This document shows, piece after piece, positions 17,376 through 29,149 of a stretch of DNA of 64,000 nucleotides; within the stretch, counting starts at the first letter, position 1, and every line of letters begins with the position of its first letter. Location: NCBI RefSeq assembly GCF_009914755.1, contig NC_060945.1; one strand, written 5' to 3'. The position numbers and the translations under genes are program-made. Origin of the DNA: the human T2T-CHM13v2.0 reference genome, Homo sapiens. The notes beneath the pieces are model-generated. The model was given only the letters and a program-made list of their open reading frames with translations. It did not search any database and was not told where the DNA came from.

Positions 17376-20300
17376 TAGCATAAGGATTGATCAGAAGCCT
17401 CCTGGTTCTGGAGCCATAGACTAGACACCATGGGGAGACATGATGAAAAATAACATATGATTTGTGTGCTTGAAACAAAAGCTAATGAGTGCTTACCACC
17501 TGCCTGGCAGTCCTGCATTCAGGGTGCAGTTCTCCCCTCATCCTGAGCTTTTTGGTACCTTCTATAGTTTCACTTTGTAGTAGAGAATGCTGAGCCTCAT
17601 AAAGTGGGGACACACAGCTGCGTAGAGTTTGGATTGGAGCTCAGATGTGTGTGACTTAGGCATCACCCTCTGCCTTGAGTCCTCCACTCCAGGGTCTCAG
17701 AGCTGCTGAGCATTCTGGGGTTGGTCAGCTCTAACCTTGGTGGCATGCATTGAGCAACTCTCCATATTTTGGAGTCTTAATGTATTCCTAGCCTTAGTGA
17801 TAGCAAGGACTCTGCTTTGGGAGACCTGGGTGCTAGTTCCAGCCCTGTCCCAAACTTTCTGTGTGATCTTTGTCTTTCTGAGTCCAGTATTTGCATCTGC
17901 ATAATAGGACACAAGCACCAATTTTCACAGCCTCCTAGGGGTATTACAGAGTTCAGACAACAGAAGAGATATATGAATATTTGCAGACCGTAGAGTGTTT
18001 TATTTAGATGATGTGCTTTCAGGTCCTGACAACCCTCTGGAATGAACATGTCAGAAGTTGTAAACCTTCAATGCCCAGAGAGGTGGAGTGACACTTCCAA
18101 GGTCACATAGCTAGTCAGAGACAGACCTAGGGGGAAGAAATGAGACAAACATGGATTCTAACTTGGGCTCTGTCTCTAACTGCCTGGGATACTGCTCAAG
18201 CCCCTTCCCTCTCTAGGCCTCAGTTTCCTTGTTTTTACAATATGTGATACAGGATGAGGGGATGGATGGGGAGGATATCGGGGGGCCCTGCTAGAACTCA
18301 CCTCTAGGGCCCAGGCTTGGGAATCCCCAGAACCCCCATATTGTCCTTTACACCTGGGTGGCTGTGCTCAAGGACTCAGGGAGGGGGAACTCCTGCGGCC
18401 CTGGTCTTCCTAGCCCTTCCCCTTCTGTGGGCCCACCCTGGGCTGTCAGTGTGTTAGGTGCTGGAATGGTCTCACCTGGTTTGTAGTCATTTCCAAGGCA
18501 GTTTATGGTAACCTCACCTCTGTCCATACCATGTCCTGAGCAGAGGTCCCGGGGAGAAGTCCTGGGGGCCAGAGCCACCCATGTCACCACTAGCCATGGT
18601 AGTCCTCTTCTCTGTGTGGAGGCTGCACCCTGGAAGATGGCATCGGGTGGAACGGAGCATCTGTCCTGACCTCCCCGTTAAGCAGAGGTGGCTCTGGGAC
18701 TGTGGGCAGAGATACTGGAGTGGCAGTGGGAAGCGAAGTGGGGGAGGAAATATTGCTGGGTACTAATGAGTCAGAGTTGATAGACTCATGTCTTCATGTG
18801 CTGTGGAGGAGGCAGTCTGGTGGGGTGCAGATGGCATATGTTTTGGTGACCTACAGGCTTACTTTCAAATAGCTGTTACCTCATGTTCCACGTCTGTGAC
18901 CTTGGCAAGTAGAGCTCCTCAACCCCGAACCTTGCACTGCTGAGTGGGAGAAACCAGAAGGGTCTTGTGTTGTCAGGGACCTGGTATCATGCCTGGCACA
19001 GAGCACTTGCGAAATCTTCATTCTCAAGATTGGCATTTGTGGCTCTGGGGGATACACAGGGAGGTCTGTGCATGTATGGGCAGGTACATGTGGATAGGTG
19101 CGGGTCTGTTTGTGTGTGTGGGAGTGCATGTTTCAGGGACACAGGCTATCAAAACCAGCACAAGGTGACTCCAATAAGGGAAGGGAGGAAAGCGCATGGT
19201 AAACCACGAAGACACTCTAGACATGAGGCTTCCTGCATCCTACATGGCCTCTTGGTGCCTGTGCCATTGTAGCCTTCAGTGCTCACGCTTGTCCTACCCT
19301 CAGGGTCCTGCCCTGGATCTCAGTGCCTGGCTTGTGGAAAGCTTCAGTAAATGGGGAAACATAAACATAAGGGAATATAACTAGCTAATTAGGGTAATTC
19401 AGTGAGGAGTAGCCATTTCCAACATGAATTAAACTGTCCCTGATTATTAGGGGCTGGAGGTCTAGTGAGAGAGACAATTTGTGGCATGATGGGGAGGAAG
19501 TAGGATTCACAGAGAAGGTGAGCTTGGCTTTGTAGGTTAAGTAGAAATTCACCAGGCAGAGAAGATGTGGGAAGACGCTCCAGGCAGAAGAGCAACAGGA
19601 TCGAAGCCATGTGGTGAAAGGACAAGGCAAGTCTGTCAGCAATGCTACTAGAGGGGGAGGGGAACAAGTCAGGGTGGAAATGGACGGGCCTCAGCTCCTC
19701 AGTGCCTGGGATGTTATGCTAAGGGATTTGGATCTTACCCTTTAATCAAAGGGACAAGGGAGGGACATGACCAGGTTTGCAGTTTGAGAAAATTATCAGG
19801 CTGATATCTGGAAAGAGGATGGTCTGGGGCAGCGAGACCAGTGGGAGGCTTCTCTGCTCAGATGAGAGATGGTGGTCATCTGGATTAGGCAGAATTTGAA
19901 CCCAAGGCTGTAGGAACTGAGAAGACGGTTCCAGTTTACCATATGAGGAATACCTGCTGTGGCTGGCAGGGCACCAGCACTTCTACCCAGATTATCTCAC
20001 TAAAATTCTAAAGTAGACCTGGTCAGCTCTGGAAGCCACCTGGGCCTCAGGCATGAGAGAGGAGGAGGAATTGGGGCAAACCTAGTGGGTGGGTGCAGTT
20101 GGAGATGCTGAGCCTATTAGCAAAGACGGGACAGGAAAGTGGGGAGCAGGGAAAGGAGTGGCAGGGAGAGTGAGGCCTTTCCCTGCCTGGCTTCAGCCTT
20201 TACCCATGAGCCTCCCATTCCTCATTTCTGCTGGACCCAGGACCAGGACCCTGGCTGGTGTTGAAGGTTCTGTCTCCTCTGTGGGCTTCCCTCCCTCTGC

Positions 20301-20544
20301 TTCTTCCTTCTGAGGATTGCTCAATGTTCTGCCTAAACACAAATTTGACTGCATACTCTCCTGCTGATAAACCTTCAAGGATGCCTCTGATTCTGGGCAA
20401 AGCCTGAGCTTCTTAGTTTTATGTTCTGGGGGTCTCCGTTGTTTGATATCCCCTCCCCAGCTTCAACTCTGCCTGTTCTTCCTCATCAAAGTACCTGTAT
20501 TTTAATATGCTACCTCCTTCCTTTTCCTCCAAGATTTTCATAAT

Positions 20545-20992
20545 TGTGGTTATGATGATGATGATGATGACGGTGATGGTGAAGGTGGTGATAATGATAG
20601 TGATAGTTATGTTGAGGATGATGGTGAGGATAGCGATGGTGATAATGTTGGTGATGGTGAGGAAGGCGATGGTGAAGGTGGTGATAATGATAGTGATAGT
20701 TATGCTGAGGATGATGATGATGATGGTGAGAATGGTGAAGGTGAGCATGGTGATGGTGATGGTAAGGATAGTGATGATGAGGTGATAATGATGGTGATGG
20801 TCAGGATGGTGATGGTGAAAATGATGGTGGTGATAGGGATGATGATGGTGATGGTGAGGATGGTGATAGTGAAGGTGGTGATGATACTGATAGTTATGGT
20901 GGGGATGCTGCTGCTGATGCTGGTGAGAATGGTGAGGGTGAGACTGATGATGATAATGAGGATAGTGATGGTGAGTATGGGGATGGTGATGG
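20545..20992 (+). repeat. (TGA/TGG)n low-complexity array with a higher-order unit
   Basis: Trinucleotide periodicity; recurring GTGAAGGTGGTGATAATGATAGTGATAGTTATG. Confidence 0.95.
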
Positions 20993-21046
20993 TACACCCC
21001 TTGATCTGGCAATTCGACATCTAAGAATTGTTCATTTCTTCTAGGA

Positions 21047-21172
21047 TTTTTTTTTTTGAGTCAAGACTTCCCTATGTTGCCCAGGCTGGCCACGAACTAC
21101 TGGCCACGAGTGATCCTCCCACTTTGGCCTCCTGAGTAGCTGTGATTACTGGCATGAACCATGGTGCCTGGC
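21047..21172 (-). mobile_element. FLAM/AluJ monomer inside an old L1ME fragment
   Basis: Single Alu left-monomer-like unit with poly-T. Confidence 0.8.
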
Positions 21173-21699
21173 TTTACCCTAGGAATTTATACTGAGGAAA
21201 TAATCAGACAAGTGTGCCAAGTGATACTTAGAGAAGGATATTTATTGTTGCATTGATGATAGTAGGTAAGATGTGGGAAGAATGTAAATGTCCAGCAATA
21301 AGAGATTGGCTAAATAATTGTGCTACAGCTAGGCAAGGGGCTGGCTTATGGCCATTCAGAACACACTCCCTCCTGATTGAGTCAAATCTCCTGTCCCTGC
21401 TCTCACACACCACACACCTCCCACCTTTTCAGCACAAATTACAGTCGTAATTTTCCATTTCTTTGTGAACCTCTTTGATGAGTTTCTGTATCCCTCATTA
21501 GATGCTAAGCTCCATGGAGGCAAAGAGTATACTATGTTCATTATTGTGTCCTCCATGACAAGTTAAGTTCCTGGAACACAGTACACTCTCAATAATTTGT
21601 TGTTAAATGAATGACTGAATCTGTATTTCTCAGTATGGAATCCTGTTTGAAATATGCAATGAAGAGAAAGAGCAGATTATAAAACAGCATGCATACTGT

Positions 21700-22160
21700 A
21701 GTACACACTGCAAATTCCCTCCTTTCTTGATCTTCTTTGGGGGACCACATGTGCACTCTCAGTCAATAAATTATGATTGATCCAAAGTCAATCATGACAT
21801 TGCTATTCTCTACTGCTAGGGATGGTCATGAGATCAGGTTCTGGCCAATCTAAACACAGATTTCCAGACCTAAAGAGAAATCCTCTGGGGGTCACCTCTG
21901 AAGTTCTTGCTTTTCTAATAAGAATACGGAAGTGACTGCTTTTGCTGGCCTTGTAAACTCATGTAGTGGTTGGAGCTGCAGTAGCCGTCTTACAGCCATG
22001 AGCTAAATTCCAATAGACTCACAAAGATGCTGGGCCTAAAATTGTTGAACCAGTGAACCATAGCCAGGAACCATAGATATTCCAACTACGTAAGAAAAAT
22101 GAACCTGTCTTTGTTTAAGTGACTGAACTTTCAGATTAATGCACTCTCAACAGATACAGA
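21700..22160. mobile_element. Old MLT1-type MaLR LTR
   Basis: ggtcatgagatcaggttctggccaat and tggagctgcagtagccgtcttacagccatgag motifs. Confidence 0.55.
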
Positions 22161-24474
22161 GCATGATCCCATATATACCTGTATGTGCAAATATGAATAG
22201 AAAAATAATTAAAGTGATTATCTCTGTCTGGTAGGATTCTCCTTCATATTTTTTTATTTTATAAAGTTTTCCCAAAGGGCATGTAAATAATAATCAGACA
22301 AATATTTCTGTACATTCAGAAAATAAAAAATGGTACTAATTTTATTTTTAAAAAATAAAATATTGGGGCCCCAGAAGGTAGTTCACTACCATATGATAAG
22401 TTAATTAGCCACGACCGAGATGAACACTTGTGGGTATCCTGGAGGACAGGTTCGGCAGCAGTGGGAGGTCCCCTCTAGAACAGTATGTGGTTCCAAACTC
22501 CTGAGGGAGGCGGGACAGACCCCAAGGAAGTAGATGAGAACCTGAGTGAGGCTCTGTGGGGAGAGAGGATGTTCCTCAGCCCTCATGAGGACATGTCAGT
22601 TTTACTTGAGATTAGGCCCTGGCCTTGGCTGGGCAGCCTGCCAGGTAGGTTCTCAGCAGCATGGGGTGATAACAGGAGGAGGGGAAGGCTGGCAAGCTGG
22701 GATAGCTCTGGGGTCTTCAGGTGGGGCTGTCTCGGGTAGCAACTGTGTTGGCTGTAAACACAGATTTCCAGGAAGCAGAGCGTTGCAATCTCTTCCACCA
22801 CAAACCTGGACCATCAGGGATGTTTCCATAGCAGCATCTATGCTGGTGAGGAATCTGGGCATGATCTGTGATCCCCTCTCCCACTTTTTCTTTTCTCTTA
22901 GAGTGGGACAGAGCAGCCTGGAGCAGCTAGTGTCCTGTAGTGACTCCAGTTTGCTGCTCTCTTCCTTATCTTCTTCCTCCTGCCTTCTGTCTGCTCTGCA
23001 TCCTTCACCTTCTACATCAGGAAGCTCAAGTCACCGGGCTGAGCCTGGGCTTCTCATTTAAATCACGGAGTGCCAGTCAATGCCTCCCTTCCTCTTCCCA
23101 GGGAGCAACTTCAGTCTTCACTGCCTGCAGTGGGGAGCTAGACCCTGCTCCTTATTCCCTGTGGGACCATCCGCAGCCTGTTTCCTCACCCCTGTAATGG
23201 GACAGCAGTCCTCCCTGCCCACCTGGCAGTGCTAATTCCAGGCCGGGGGCCCTCCTGGGAAAATCACTAGTGTGGGTGACACGGTGGGTTTTTGTGTGTG
23301 TGGAGGGGTGGGGCTGCCACCTGGCCATTTACAGACCCCATCCTTCCTCTCTCCCTGTGCTTGTCACATGTCAGGAGTCCCTCTCCTTTGCGCCATGATA
23401 CATAAGAGATTTTCAGATCCATCATCTCATTGAGCCTTGCATCTCCTTGGTGAAATTGGAGTTATTGTCACCATTTTACTGATGAGTAAAATGAGGCTCA
23501 GAAAGGGGAACATCATTGCCAGGGTTCCGCCGTGGACTTATAGCGGAGCTGGGATTATGATGCATGTTCTGGATTCCTGGCGGGGTCCTGGCCCATCTGC
23601 AGCTAAGGCCTTTCTTTCTGCTCCCATGAGGTCCGTTTTCCATTCCTTTCCTCCCCATGACAGCCACTCTCACCACCACTCAGGGTCTGTGCTCACTGTC
23701 ACACCACCCCTCGCTGAGCCCTGCGTCTGGGCTGGAACCCACCATGTCCATCAGACGGATTTTCCTCAATGGTGGTTGGGCTCCAAATCCACTCTCCCCA
23801 GACTGACACAAATTGCACTACAGGGGGCTGCAACTGTAGGCGTTTCTGGTCTAGAGAGAGAGAGATAGTCCCATAGAAATGTCAACATCAGTTGGTGAAG
23901 AAGAGAATGGAAACACAGGAGAAAGTTCAGGGAGTGATGTCAGGAGGAGGTGGCCCTTGAGTTGGGTCTTGAGGGATGTGTAAGAGTTACCAGGCAAGGA
24001 ACGCTGGGAAGGGCATTCCAGGAGGAAAGAGCAGCATTCTCCAAGGCTCAGACTGGTCTGGTGGCTACAAGGTAGAGCTGGGTGACCTGGACCCCTTGAA
24101 ACAGTGCTCCCTTTTCAGGAGGAAATCTGCAGCTCCCATACTTTGGGCTGTCTCAGAGTCCCCCAGAGATCTTGGGAAATTCCTGGGTCCTGTTCCCAGG
24201 GATTCTGGTTCAGGCAGAGGAATCTGCGCTTCTCACAGGCAGGGGCTGTGACCTCACCCCACAGTTCTGATGCAGTTGGTCCCTGGATCACTCTTGTAGA
24301 AATACAAACAGGACTGAGAGGCTTTGACCCAAGGACTGTGCAGGGGGTGGGATGGGGATAGATGTGGAATGGGCCAGAGGAATAGTGGTTGGAGCTATAC
24401 CCTCCTGGACCACCTTGTCTAAAATGTGGCTCTCCCATCCCCCTTTCCTACTGATACATTCTATCCTCCACTTT

Positions 24475-24612
24475 TCCTTTATTTTATTTTATTTTATTTT
24501 TTGTAGATACAGGGTCTCACTATGTTACCCAGACTGGTCTCAAATTCCTGACCTCAACCATCCTCGCATCTCGGCCTCCCAAAGCACTAGGATTACAGGC
24601 ATGAAGCACCAT
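24475..24612 (-). mobile_element. FLAM/AluJ monomer
   Basis: (TTTTA)n tail plus agggtctcactatgttacccagactggtctc...ggattacaggcatga. Confidence 0.85.
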
Positions 24613-25225
24613 CCTCTCATCACCAGCTCACATGCTGAACATTTGACTAGTTTATTTATTACCTGTTTCACTCTACTGGCATGAGGGCTACATGAAGAAA
24701 GAGACTTTGTCTATGTCATTCACTGCTGTAGCCAGGTGTCTACAATGTGTAAGGCCATGGAAGCTGTTTCTGTTTTGGTTTGTAATTTTAATTTTGGGAA
24801 GCAGAAGATATCTGAGTGGACTCAGTGGCTGACAGGAAAAGGGAGAACAGTCTTGGTGTGCACAAGAGTGACAGGGAGATCTAGACAGAGAGACGTCAGA
24901 GGACAGTTCCTGGAAGGGGCTGATGGAAAGGTGGGGCAACTGGGGAAGGTCTCTCTGGACATCAATTCCTTTGAAGCTGGCAGGGAGGGAGGAAGTGCAT
25001 GGGTGGAGAGGAATGCTTGAAGAAGACCTCCTTGGCTTCCATATTCTTCATGAAGTGACAGATGAGGGGCTTCCTGGGAAGAGAGGGCAGGAGGGGAGCA
25101 AATGTAGGCTGGTGATGGTGGGCCTGCAGCAGTGCCCCAGGGTGAAGGGGTGAATGTATTACTGAGGCTGGATCCTGGTCATGACCCTTGCCTTGGCTTC
25201 AAGACTCATTAAAAACCAGCCTCCT

Positions 25226-25304
25226 CCAGTGAGCTTAGATCATGACACTGCACTGGAGCCTGGAGACAGAGTGAGACTCCATCTCAAAAACAAAAACAAA
25301 AAAA
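25226..25304 (+). mobile_element. 5'-truncated Alu 3' end with TSD aaaa(a/c)cagcctcc
   Basis: cagtgagcttagatcatgacactgcact...catctcaaaaa, flanked by direct repeats at 25211-25224 and ~25299-25312. Confidence 0.85.
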
Positions 25305-26007
25305 CAGCCTCCATTCCCAATGTGCCCAGCTGGACCATGCGCTGCTTCCTGGATGTGCCACCAACACAACTGGAACACAAATCCTGAGTCACTGCCTCTA
25401 GAAAGCCTGCCTGGATTCAGTGCCCATCTGACTGGGCTCCTGCAGCACCTGGTCTGCCACTACTATGTGACTTACCTCTGCCTGCCTCTTATCACAGGTG
25501 CCTGTGTTTTTACCTGCCTCAGTGAGGGCTGTTGAGGACCTGGCCAGGCTGATCCATCTTAGGGGCTACAGTAGGTGCCAGCAATGGCTGGACTGTGTCA
25601 GGGCTGGACAATAAGCAAGCCAGATTCTCATGCTGGGCACTGGGTGCCCTTTGTGGGCTCAAGTGGGCATCACCACTGCTTCTGAGTGGCCAGAAGATTC
25701 CTGGGAGAGGCCTGGTTATCTTGGGCTGACCCTCACTCCCCAGTTCCATCCTCCCTCCCTCCCTTGCTGAAACCCTTTTGCATGTCCTCAACATCCTGCT
25801 CCAGCACCAGCAGCCCCCTGGTTTTCAGCAGCCTCAGGGAACTCTTCCTTTTCTTCCTTGCTGTGAGTAACAGGCCCAATCCCCTGAGGACACTGCTGCC
25901 TTGCGGTCCTCTGCTGCAGCCTTTCCCTGGACCTGAGCAGGATAGGTCCTCCTTGCTTCTCATTGCCTCCCTCTTTCAGCTCATCATCCTGCTCTCCCAT
26001 AAAAATA

Positions 26008-26620
26008 CATTCATGTGCCATGAAATGATGTTTCCATCAACCCAGATCGCATGTGCAGTGGTGGATCCATGAAACTATAATGGAGCCGAAAGACACCTAC
26101 TGCCTAGCCCAGTGACATAACAATTGTAACGTTATGGCACAGTTACTTTAAAAATATATTTATTAAAAAAGATTTATAATTCTATAGAAAAAGAAATATA
26201 TGTCTTGTAGTGTAGCCTAAGTGTCCAGTGTTTATAAAATCTACAGTAGTGCACAGTCATGCCCTAGGAATTCATCTTCACTCACCACTCACTGACTCAC
26301 CCAGAGAAGTTTCCAGCCCTGCACATTCCATTCATGGTAAGTGTCCTAGACCAGTGCACCATGTCTAGGTACCATACTACATTTTTATATAGTGCAATAC
26401 TATGTTTTTACTGTACTTTTCATGATATGTTTAGATGTGCAAGTACTGACCATTGTGCTACAACTGCCAACAATATTCACTGCAGTAACCTGTGCCCAGG
26501 TGTGCAGCCTGAGAGCGGTAGGCTGTGCCATAGAGCCTAGGTGTACAGTAGGTACAATATTGAGGTGTGTGTAAGCACACTCTGTGACGTTCACACAAAG
26601 AAAAATTACCCAAGGACACG
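26008..26620 (+). mobile_element. Tigger3/MER7-type non-autonomous DNA transposon (~600 bp)
   Basis: gtgtagcctaagtgtccagtgtttataaaatctacagtagtg, cactcaccactcactgactcacccagag, catagagcctaggtgt..agtagg and tgtgtaagcacactctgtgacgttcacac match the Tigger3 consensus. Confidence 0.85.
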
Positions 26621-26689
26621 GTGACACACGAAGGGAATCAATATTGAAGCTCTTGCCCTCAGATTGCACCCAGGGCCACATCCCTATGC

Positions 26690-27970
26690 ATTGAAGACTT
26701 AGCTCCCAGTTCATGGGCACTTTTTCCTGCTGAGGTGATTCCAACATGCACATAGAGAGTCCTCCTCATGCTCTGGCTCTTGGTCCCTCCACCCCTAGAG
26801 ACCTTGTCTCCACCCTCCCTGAGTCACCCACTCCTACCTGTATATTCTTGTCCTTGTCACTGCAGAAACTGTAGCTACTCCAGACCCTCAATTTCAAACA
26901 CGCTTTTTTTGACCACAACTTTCCTTTTTCCAGCTGCCTCCCAACTCCAAGACACTTCAATGACTCCAAATTTTCACTTTTGTGTCTCACTCTGTTTCTT
27001 GCAAATTTCCCCTCCTCCCAGCTGAGACTATACGGTCCAGCCTGTCATCCACCCTCTCTAACACTCTCCACTCTCTTGCCCCACAATTAATTGTGCTCCC
27101 AGGGCAAAACTGCACTCTGCTGAAAGCCAGCCACCCGCTCCCTCTGCTCCTGCAGTCAGGTGGCTGAGCACAGCCAGAGAGAAACACACGTGCCTTTTGC
27201 TCTCACTTAATCATCAAGCCCAAACCTCCAGTGGGCCCTGGATGATGTCCTACAAACTCACTCATTTCCCGAGTCCATAAGTCTGCCAGACTTCTTTATT
27301 TGTTATCTTAATAAAAATATATATAATCTAAGTATTTTATGAATACCAACTGATTTAATTATGATAAAACTCTATGAATCTGTTCTATAATAATCACCAT
27401 TTCACAGCTGAGGAGATGCTGGCACAGGAAGAGATGAAGTGACTTGCCCTGGAGCCCAGGCACCCAGCTCTGGAAGTGCTGCCCTGTCCCCAAGCAACAG
27501 TATCGTGCCTTCTCCTTCCTCCTTAAACCTCTAAAACCTTCCCCAGCCTTCCTTACACCTGCTGCCTTGCTTCCTACTTCAATTTGAAAATAGATGCAAT
27601 AAAGAGAGAACCTTCCCTGGATCCCACCCCCACATCTCCCCAGCTGCTTGCCTCTGTGCTTCCTTCTCCACCTTCGCTTGTTATTGTAGCTAGAGTGTCT
27701 GCACTCATGTTAGGGGTGAATTTTCTCCATCATATCCATAGTTCAACCCTCAGGTTCTTTCCTGAGTGTCCACTTTGCACACTGCCCGGTTCCGCAATGC
27801 AGCTCTCCCACCCATCTCACACCCTGCATGCTTATTTATTCATCATCTGTTCTGCTCTACTACAGTGAGAGCTACACAGGGGCAGGGATTCTGGGTATCT
27901 TATGCACTGCAGATTCCAACATCTAGAGCAGTACCTGGCACCTAGAAGGTGTTGGTATTTAATGAAGTCA
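26690..27970 (+). mobile_element. Decayed LINE-2 remnants (with an embedded MIR)
   Basis: C/T-rich L2-like body and an L2 3' end (gggcagggatt...ctagagcagtacctggcacctagaagg). Confidence 0.5.
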
Positions 27971-29149
27971 GTCATTTTATATGTCAGGCTCTGGCCTGGT
28001 GCTGGGGACACTAGGGTGATTCAGACAGGTCCCTGCTTATACCAAGTTTATAGTCCCATAGGGGAGACACATTACCTGACAAATTTGCAGGCAGCCATTT
28101 ATATTTTGCATCTAACAAAGCAGCCCTTATTGTACTTGAGAGGAAATGCACTCAAGCCGTTAGCTGTAGCCCCACTTCCCCTGCTTCAGGACAGAAAGCC
28201 CCAGGCTCCAGCCCTTACATTCCTGGGCCTCCAGGGCTCCCTGGACTTTAGGAAACAGCTAGTAAGGGAGTCAAAGTCCACTTTGACTCAGAGCTGTGGG
28301 ATGTCAACAAGGTGCTTCCCCTCTCTGGTCCTCAATGTCTTTGTCTATTACAAGAGATGATGGTGCCAGCTCAGCAAGCTCCACCGGGCTGGGGCAAATG
28401 GGACAGGGAGGGTGACAATGCTTTGTGGACAGAGAGGAGGAATTCTGAGTGGCTACTGGAAAGGCAGCATGTTTATTTGACAATTTCAAACATGACAGAA
28501 CTGCGGAACACAGACATCAAGACTCCTCTGTAATTCCATTTGGAGTTTAAAGCTCAGATTTTGTTTTGTTTAAGCAGTGGCAAATGTTATGTATAGATAT
28601 AGATGTGGGATCATAAAATGTGTTTAAAAGTTATTGATGTGGGACAACTTTGCATATCAATATACAAGCATTTATTTTATTTGTTTTAATAGCTGTGAAA
28701 TATCCCACTGTATGAAGAGACTAAAATCTGTCCTTCTATTGTGGATATTTGGATTGATGAACCATTGGAACAAATCAGAGAGGCCAATCAAAGCATTTGA
28801 CAGCCTGGCAGATCAAAGTGAGAGGTTTATTACAGAAGACAGTAATGCTAAAAGGGGAGGAGAGCTAAGTGAATCCACCTGCTGCAATCAGAGTCCAGAA
28901 TCCCACCAACATAAGATGCAGGAGACAACGCGGCCAAAAGGGCAGAGGCCCCCAGGGCTCCCAGCAGAGCCAGATGCAAACTTGTCATCCCACCCTGTGT
29001 GTGGGCTTCCTGTGCCCTGGACAGTCTTTCCTGAGGCCGAGGCTGTTTTAAGAGCTTAGAGCACCCATTCTACGGCAGAATTTCTTATGAATGAGGTCCC
29101 TGTTCTGTGCTCCTCACCCATCCTGGGCCCTTTTCCCAACTTGACTTTG

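Noticed and set aside
20419-21024. His-rich and Ile/Thr/Met/Val-rich ORFs (also 38921-39771)
   Set aside because: Products of (TGA/CAT)n low-complexity DNA, which lacks stops in some frames.
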